Shown here: piece after piece, positions 6,440 through 10,528 of the stretch
Layout of the letters: each line of letters starts with the position of its first letter
How positions within the stretch are numbered: the first letter of the stretch is position 1
Source: a virus
Lineage: Duplodnaviria > Heunggongvirae > Uroviricota > Caudoviricetes
IMG/VR virus record: IMGVR_UViG_2565956629_000002
Span: 1 to 10,528 of that record
DNA: 10,528 bases
Reading direction: 5' to 3' (one strand)
The notes under the pieces: model-generated
What the model saw: only the letters and a program-made list of their open reading frames with translations
What the model was told of the DNA's origin: nothing
Database searches by the model: none
Position numbers and translations under genes: made by a program

Positions 6440-7024
6440 TTATTGTTTGCTTCTTTCGTTCTGGCTGATGACAAATTCAATGTAACTTTCGATCTTTGCC
6501 TTCTCTGTTTCGGGTAACAATGCGTAGCGCGAGCGGTCATAGTTGATAGTCGCAGGGTCGTGCGGGTGAATCAGTAATTCATAGCCGTGACGCCCGAATG
6601 CGGATGCAACATTCTCCAGGGTGGAAATGGAAACGCTGACTTCATTGTTTAACAGGCGGCTGATTGTCACCTGGGCGACGCCGGATGCGCGGTGTAGTTT
6701 TCCCTGCGTTGAAAGGTCGCGGCTTTCGCTCATCCAGCGTTCCAGGTTGTGAGCCGCCAGCTGACCAATGTCGCTTGGGCCGACAGGCTGAAACCCCTCC
6801 TGAGAAAGCGAGCGATCGATATCAAGCCAGTTACGGGGTTTATTGGCGGCAGCTTCAATTTTTCGCGCAACCTGGTCGCCGATAACCTTCTTGCCAAGAG
6901 CCCAGCGGTTTACCAGATTTGCCTGAGTTCCAAGTTTTTCTGCCATCCGCGTCTGAACACCATTGAATTCACGGTCGATCAAGTCGTTGAGATTTTGCCT
7001 GCGGACGTCCTGGATACTTTTCAT
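6440..7024 (-). CDS. Prophage repressor-like protein with two HTH domains and no S24 peptidase domain
   Basis: 194 aa, transcribed divergently from the cro-like gene across an operator-rich region. Two HTH-like segments (QTRMAEKLGTQANLVNRWALGKK and LHRASGVAQVTISRLLNNEVSVS). No LexA-type Ala-Gly cleavage site or Ser/Lys peptidase module recognisable. Confidence 0.8.
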   Translation of the reverse strand: MKSIQDVRRQNLNDLIDREFNGVQTRMAEKLGTQANLVNRWALGKKVIGDQVARKIEAAANKPRNWLDIDRSLSQEGFQPVGPSDIGQLAAHNLERWMSESRDLSTQGKLHRASGVAQVTISRLLNNEVSVSISTLENVASAFGRHGYELLIHPHDPATINYDRSRYALLPETEKAKIESYIEFVISQNERSKQ

Positions 7025-7079
7025 TTTCTGGAAAATCGCCTCATATATGAATCAGTAGATGATTCAATTTAAAGCAATA

Positions 7080-7142
7080 TTACCCAACAGGTAAATGCAC
7101 CTCATAGGTAACTATCCTTGATTTTTGTTACCTTATGGGTGA
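7080..7142. promoter_or_regulatory. OR-like operator cluster between the repressor and cro-like genes
   Basis: TTACCcaacaGGTAA (7080-7094, perfect), gcACCtcataGGTAA (7097-7111, degenerate), TTACCttatgGGTgA (7128-7142, one mismatch). Confidence 0.6.
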
Positions 7143-7153
7143 ATATTTATTAT
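7125..7153 (+). promoter_or_regulatory. pR-like promoter for the cro-like gene
   Basis: TTGTTA (7125-7130), 17-nt spacer, TATTAT (7148-7153). The 7128-7142 operator overlaps the -35 and spacer. Confidence 0.35.
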
Positions 7154-7178
7154 CTGAAATAAATATCAGGCAATAGCT

Positions 7179-7409
7179 ATGAGCGATAACGGACATTTCG
7201 ATTTCAAAAAGCACTGGCTTGCACTTACTCCGGATGAGCGTGAAGCCTTCGCACAGGAAGCCGGAACGACGAGTCACTATATCCAGACTCACTTAACAGG
7301 TAAGCGCAAAATGCCAGGTAAAGTATTGATGAATGGGCTTTTTAAAGCCTGTAAAACAAGACAATGGCTGCGCTCAAAAGCAGAACTGGCATACTTCTTC
7401 TACTCATGA
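7179..7409 (+). CDS. Cro-like small HTH regulator (76 aa)
   Basis: Divergent from the repressor, immediately right of the OR-like operators. HTH-like segment REAFAQEAGTTSHYIQTHLTGKRKM. Followed by a terminator. Confidence 0.75.
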   Translation: MSDNGHFDFKKHWLALTPDEREAFAQEAGTTSHYIQTHLTGKRKMPGKVLMNGLFKACKTRQWLRSKAELAYFFYS

Positions 7410-7431
7410 TATCCAGCTACAACCCTCTGTA

Positions 7432-7453
7432 GACCGCCACCCGGCGGTCTTTT
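7432..7453 (+). terminator. tR1-like rho-independent terminator after the cro-like gene
   Basis: Stem GACCGCC (7432-7438), loop ACCC, stem GGCGGTC (7443-7449), then TTTT (short T-tract). Confidence 0.5.
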
Positions 7454-7557
7454 CATATCTATTCGTACCTCAAAGGTAATAAAAAACCAAATCTGGTTGA
7501 TCAAATTTTCCAATTGTGCAAAATATCCAATATCAATAACAAAAAGAGGCGGAAAAA

Positions 7558-7770
7558 TTGAAGATAGTAACCAGAATGGAGGCCGCAAAAGCCGGGTTAA
7601 ATCGCTATTTCACAGGAAAGCGGTGCCGTCACGGCCATCTCTCTGAAAGGTATGTTCTGAACGGAACATGTGTTGAATGTGCAATGAATAGCGCCAACCG
7701 CCATCGTAATGAATTTGCTTGTGCACTAAAGAGTGCAAGAGGGGAAACCTATGGCAAGCAGCTGGATTAA
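7558..7770 (+). CDS. Small zinc-finger-like protein at the CII position
   Basis: KRCRHGHLSERYVLNGTCVECA has a Cys/His cluster (C-x-H-x-H ... C-x-x-C). TTG start at 7558 with GAGG 8 nt upstream; the first ATG is at 7576 without an obvious SD. 3' end overlaps the next gene. Confidence 0.6.
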   Translation: MKIVTRMEAAKAGLNRYFTGKRCRHGHLSERYVLNGTCVECAMNSANRHRNEFACALKSARGETYGKQLD

Positions 7771-8575
7771 GGTTGAAGTTATCACTCCTGATAAACCTGA
7801 AATTTTTCAGATAGCAGAAATTCTGGGTATTGATCCAGATGCTGTTCTTGGAAAGCTGGTTCGTATATGGGCATGGGCTGACCAGCAAACAATAGACGGT
7901 AACGCTGGCAGCGTTACAAAAGGAGTACTTGATAGACTCGCTTTTATTACAGGATTTGCTGACGCCCTCATTAGCGTCGGATGGCTTGCTTATCATGACG
8001 GCAAACTAATTCTTCCAAACTTTGAGCGACACAATGGAGAATCATCGAAAAAACGTGCACTTACGAATAGAAGAGTGGCAGAGCATCGAAAACGAGTAAC
8101 GCAAAAAGTAACGCCAACAGCGTTACAAAAGGAGTTACCAGAGGAAGAGGAAGATATATATAAAACCCCACACATAGCGCACGTGCGCGAGGGTGCTCCG
8201 ACCAGTGAAGCGAACGGTATGCCGTTGCAGGTGGCTGAACCTGAATTTCTGGATGGCCTGAGTGAACCCATCGGGAAATTTCCGATGACCGATGGCTGGC
8301 ATCCGTCGCCGGATTTTCGACGGCGTGCTGCGCTGTGGGGAACGGCCCTGCCGGAACCGGAATTTACACCTGCTGAACTTGCTGCATTCCGGGATTACTG
8401 GATGGCTGAGGGCAAAGTGTTCACGCAGGTTCAGTGGGAACAAAAATTCGCCAGGCACGTAAATCATATCAGGGGAAAATCAAAAAACGCCGGGAAAAGC
8501 GATGAGCTTGACTGGAATAACACTGACTGGATAGAAGGGGTGTGGGATGAAATCAACTCCAGAACTTCTCAATGA
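7751..8575 (+). CDS. Replication initiator (O-analogue; DUF1376/YdaU-like N-terminus with DnaT-like C-terminus)
   Basis: ATG at 7751 with GAGGGG 8 nt upstream. N-terminus MASSWIKVEV...LGKLVRIWAWADQQ and C-terminus PMTDGWHPSPDF...FRDYWMAEGK recall the prophage replication-initiation family found upstream of P/DnaC-like loaders. Contains internal iteron-like repeats. Confidence 0.75.
   Translation: MASSWIKVEVITPDKPEIFQIAEILGIDPDAVLGKLVRIWAWADQQTIDGNAGSVTKGVLDRLAFITGFADALISVGWLAYHDGKLILPNFERHNGESSKKRALTNRRVAEHRKRVTQKVTPTALQKELPEEEEDIYKTPHIAHVREGAPTSEANGMPLQVAEPEFLDGLSEPIGKFPMTDGWHPSPDFRRRAALWGTALPEPEFTPAELAAFRDYWMAEGKVFTQVQWEQKFARHVNHIRGKSKNAGKSDELDWNNTDWIEGVWDEINSRTSQ
8096..8168. repeat. Iteron-like repeats plus AT-rich tract inside the initiator gene: candidate replication origin
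   Basis: GTAACGC at 8096-8102 and 8108-8114, inverted GCGTTAC at 8120-8126, at a 12-bp period. Followed by GAGGAAGAGGAAG and the AT-rich tract GATATATATAAAA (8156-8168). A similar GTAACGC-N5-GCGTTAC palindrome sits at 7907-7925. Confidence 0.4.
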
Positions 8576-9323
8576 GTACGATCGCTTACGTGAGCATGGT
8601 GTTGCTGTGCATGAAGAGCGGCGTGACAGCAATGGCAAAAAGGAGCATGTCGCTAGAATTTTCAATGAACTATTTGTCCAGTTACAGGCTGCATTTCCCG
8701 CAAGCGTTTCGACCATAAGGGAGCAGAACAAACTTAATGAATTCCGTAAGCAATGGATGCTTGCGTTTCTGGAGAATGGGATCACTACAATGGAACAGGT
8801 TAACGCTGGTATGCGCCACGCCCGCGCCAGTGAGTCTCCGTTCTGGCCGTCGCCAGGGCAATTCATCAAGTGGTGTAAAGACAGCAAGATGGTTCTTGGC
8901 GTCACCATTGACGATGTGATGGCAGAGTTTCACCGGTACAGCAAGGAAAAAAGTTTATATCCTGGTGGTCCCGAAAGATTCCCGTGGCGGCACCCGGTTA
9001 TGTACTGGGTCGTATGTGATACCCGCCGTGCAATGTATCAGCGCCAGCTTAGCGAGATTGAGGTTGAGAAACACGCGCGCAGGCTGCTCGATGATTGGGC
9101 GAAAAAGGTGGCTTCAGGACAGCAGATACCCGATCCGGTGATCAGCATACAGGCAAAGCCAGAACCCATGAGTACGCCTCCGGACACAGGGAGAGACGTT
9201 TACCATCCACCAGGGCGAAGTTTCGGGTGCATGCCTAACGCCGCCACCCTTGGGGGAATAACACCGGCGCAGTGGCTGATGGAGGAATACAGGCGGGGAA
9301 AGGCGGCAGGATTTATCAAGTAA
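8547..9323 (+). CDS. Lambda P-like replication protein (DnaB helicase loader)
   Basis: The stretch QLQAAFPAS...EQNKLNEFRKQWMLAFLENGITTMEQVNAGMRHARAS...PFWPSPGQFIKWC closely parallels the conserved core of lambda P as recalled (FPAS, QW.LAF.ENGITTMEQVNAGMR, PSPGQF..WC). Confidence 0.88.
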   Translation: MKSTPELLNEYDRLREHGVAVHEERRDSNGKKEHVARIFNELFVQLQAAFPASVSTIREQNKLNEFRKQWMLAFLENGITTMEQVNAGMRHARASESPFWPSPGQFIKWCKDSKMVLGVTIDDVMAEFHRYSKEKSLYPGGPERFPWRHPVMYWVVCDTRRAMYQRQLSEIEVEKHARRLLDDWAKKVASGQQIPDPVISIQAKPEPMSTPPDTGRDVYHPPGRSFGCMPNAATLGGITPAQWLMEEYRRGKAAGFIK

Positions 9324-9360
9324 TACCAGCGCGATAGCGCATTTTTTTACGTCTCGATAA

Positions 9361-9437
9361 TTACCTGTGAGGTAATAAAATATTCTAAACTCTATTGATT
9401 TCGTGTCTTATGTGGTTTTTAATTACCTCAGGGGTAA
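9361..9437. promoter_or_regulatory. Third operator pair (O3) flanking a promoter downstream of the replication genes
   Basis: TTACCtgtgaGGTAA (9361-9375) and TTACCtcaggGGTAA (9423-9437), both perfect, 62 bp centre to centre: the same spacing as the OL pair. Confidence 0.55.
9395..9423 (+). promoter_or_regulatory. Candidate repressor-controlled rightward promoter (P3)
   Basis: TTGATT (9395-9400), 17-nt spacer, TTTAAT (9418-9423) abutting the downstream operator. The upstream operator ends 19 bp before the -35, the same geometry as the pL-like promoter. Confidence 0.45.
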
Positions 9438-9440
9438 ATT

Positions 9441-9785
9441 ATGAGAAAACAGATACAGGCTCTTGGTCGACTCAAAACAGGCCAGATGAACAAAACAGAA
9501 TCTGCGTATTGCCAGCACCTTGAGCTGCGTAAACGTGCAGGGGAAATCGCCTGGTATCGATTTGAGGGTATCAAGCTGCGATTAGCTGACAACACGTTCT
9601 ATACGCCCGATTTTGCTGTGATGCTCGCCACCGGCGAGATGGAACTGCACGAAGTGAAAGGTTTCTGGACCGACGACGCCAGGGTGAAAACCAAAGTCGC
9701 CGCAGATCAGTATCCGTTCCGAATCATCGGGGTAACGGTTAAACCAAAGAAAGCAGGTGGTGGCTGGAACATCGAAGAGTTCTGA
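9441..9785 (+). CDS. DUF1064-like phage protein (possible PD-(D/E)XK-type nuclease fold)
   Basis: 114-aa ORF with GGGG about 8 nt upstream. YTPDFAV...EMELHEVKG resembles a D...E.K nuclease-type motif. Family name is from recollection, not a search. Confidence 0.75.
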   Translation: MRKQIQALGRLKTGQMNKTESAYCQHLELRKRAGEIAWYRFEGIKLRLADNTFYTPDFAVMLATGEMELHEVKGFWTDDARVKTKVAADQYPFRIIGVTVKPKKAGGGWNIEEF

Positions 9786-9846
9786 ATCGACGATCTTTTT
9801 AGTTATCAATGTAATCAATAAGTTATGTGGATAAGCGAGGGTAAAG

Positions 9847-10284
9847 ATGGAAAGTAATATCAAAGGGTTAGTTGCCGCCGGGCATGAGATGGCTTCGGAA
9901 CTGAAAGCAGAATGTGGTGCCGTTGATATGCGCAGTGTGGCAAAGCTGATCAGCTATTTGGCAACGCAACTGGAAGTGCAACTGGTGCGTGCTAATGCGC
10001 TGGCTGCGGAGAATGCGCTGGCTCGTAAAGCAGTTCAGGCATTTTGCGATGTTGTTGGCGACAGCACCGAGGTTATCTGCGAGGAGATTGGGCGAGATGG
10101 CGTTCTGGTTATTTTGGAGGCAATGAAGGCAACAGGAAATATGCCAGCCACCGATGCTTTCCTGTCTGAAGTGCGGGCGCAGGGGGTAGAGATGATGCGC
10201 GAACATCCATCAATCAAACTTTGTTCTTTGACGCACATATGTGATGAGTTAGCCGCCCAGCTTCGCAAAGGAGGCAGCCAGTGA
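9847..10284 (+). CDS. Hypothetical phage protein (145 aa)
   Basis: Clean ORF with GAGGGTAAAG RBS 5' of the ATG. Alanine-rich, helical-looking. Stop overlaps the next gene's GTG start (GTGA). Confidence 0.7.
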   Translation: MESNIKGLVAAGHEMASELKAECGAVDMRSVAKLISYLATQLEVQLVRANALAAENALARKAVQAFCDVVGDSTEVICEEIGRDGVLVILEAMKATGNMPATDAFLSEVRAQGVEMMREHPSIKLCSLTHICDELAAQLRKGGSQ

Positions 10285-10528
10285 GCGAAATTAATTACCA
10301 GGCATTGCGTGAGGCGGCAGAGAAAGCAACGTGGGGAGACTGGGACTCATATAAACCACACCGTGGCGCACGTGGTTATGAGGTCCGACTAAGTAGTCAG
10401 GCCATTGCGCAACACGTTCTGAAAAACAACGCTGAATTTATTGCTGCCTTTAATCCAAAGGTTGCTTTGGCACTACTGGATGAACGGGAAAAAAACCAGC
10501 AATACATCAAACTCCGCGACCAGGAGAA
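10281..10528 (+). CDS. Ea22-like family protein, 5' partial (continues beyond window end)
   Basis: GTG start at 10281 with GGAGG 6 nt upstream. Hand translation VSEINYQALREAAEKATWGDWD...ALALLDEREKNQQYIKLRDQE matches the N-terminal signature of enterobacterial prophage Ea22-like proteins as recalled. No stop codon before the window ends. Confidence 0.6.
   Translation, partial: MSEINYQALREAAEKATWGDWDSYKPHRGARGYEVRLSSQAIAQHVLKNNAEFIAAFNPKVALALLDEREKNQQYIKLRDQE

Noticed and set aside
6664-7072. Plus-strand ORFs 6664-6885 and 6749-7072 inside the repressor gene
   Set aside because: Antisense to the repressor ORF, whose position and HTH content are well supported.
6287-7178. Search for LexA (SOS) boxes CTGT-N8-ACAG in the immunity region
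   Set aside because: None found by eye. The CTGT...ACAG at 69-80 has only a 4-nt spacer and is the terminator stem.
7400-8933. Minus-strand ORFs (7400-7588, 7610-7996, 7993-8271, 8135-8467, 8480-8908, 8682-8933) and plus ORF 8737-8919 across the replication module
   Set aside because: Antisense or out-of-frame shadows of the cro-like, zinc-finger, initiator and P-like genes; several cross a terminator or promoter region.
9582-10268. Minus-strand ORFs 9582-9863, 9868-10206 and 10035-10268
   Set aside because: Antisense to the co-oriented plus-strand genes, which have RBSs and coupled starts.

Overview
This window reads as the left arm and immunity/replication region of a lambdoid prophage from an enterobacterial-type genome; no tRNA, rRNA, CRISPR array or IS element was seen. 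Plus strand: a P4-family tyrosine integrase (208-1458). Minus strand, converging on it: a tightly packed leftward operon running from a pL-like promoter (~6320-6348) through two small genes, a RecE-like exonuclease, RecT, an AlpA/Xis-like excisionase, and then a four-gene cargo cassette (3692 down to 1462). The cassette is the most interesting part: a small ORF, a DndB-like DGQHR-domain protein, an MT-A70-family adenine methyltransferase and a 64-aa acidic-tailed protein, with overlapping start/stop codons and no dndACDE or restriction nuclease partner. To the right: a non-S24 repressor (6440-7024) divergent from a Cro-like gene, a zinc-finger protein at the CII position, an O-analogue replication initiator with internal iteron-like repeats, a lambda P-like helicase loader, then DUF1064-like, hypothetical and Ea22-like genes. 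A palindromic motif TTACC-N5-GGTAA recurs at three promoter regions and is the likely operator. All family assignments come from reading translated motifs and recalled family features; no database search was run.
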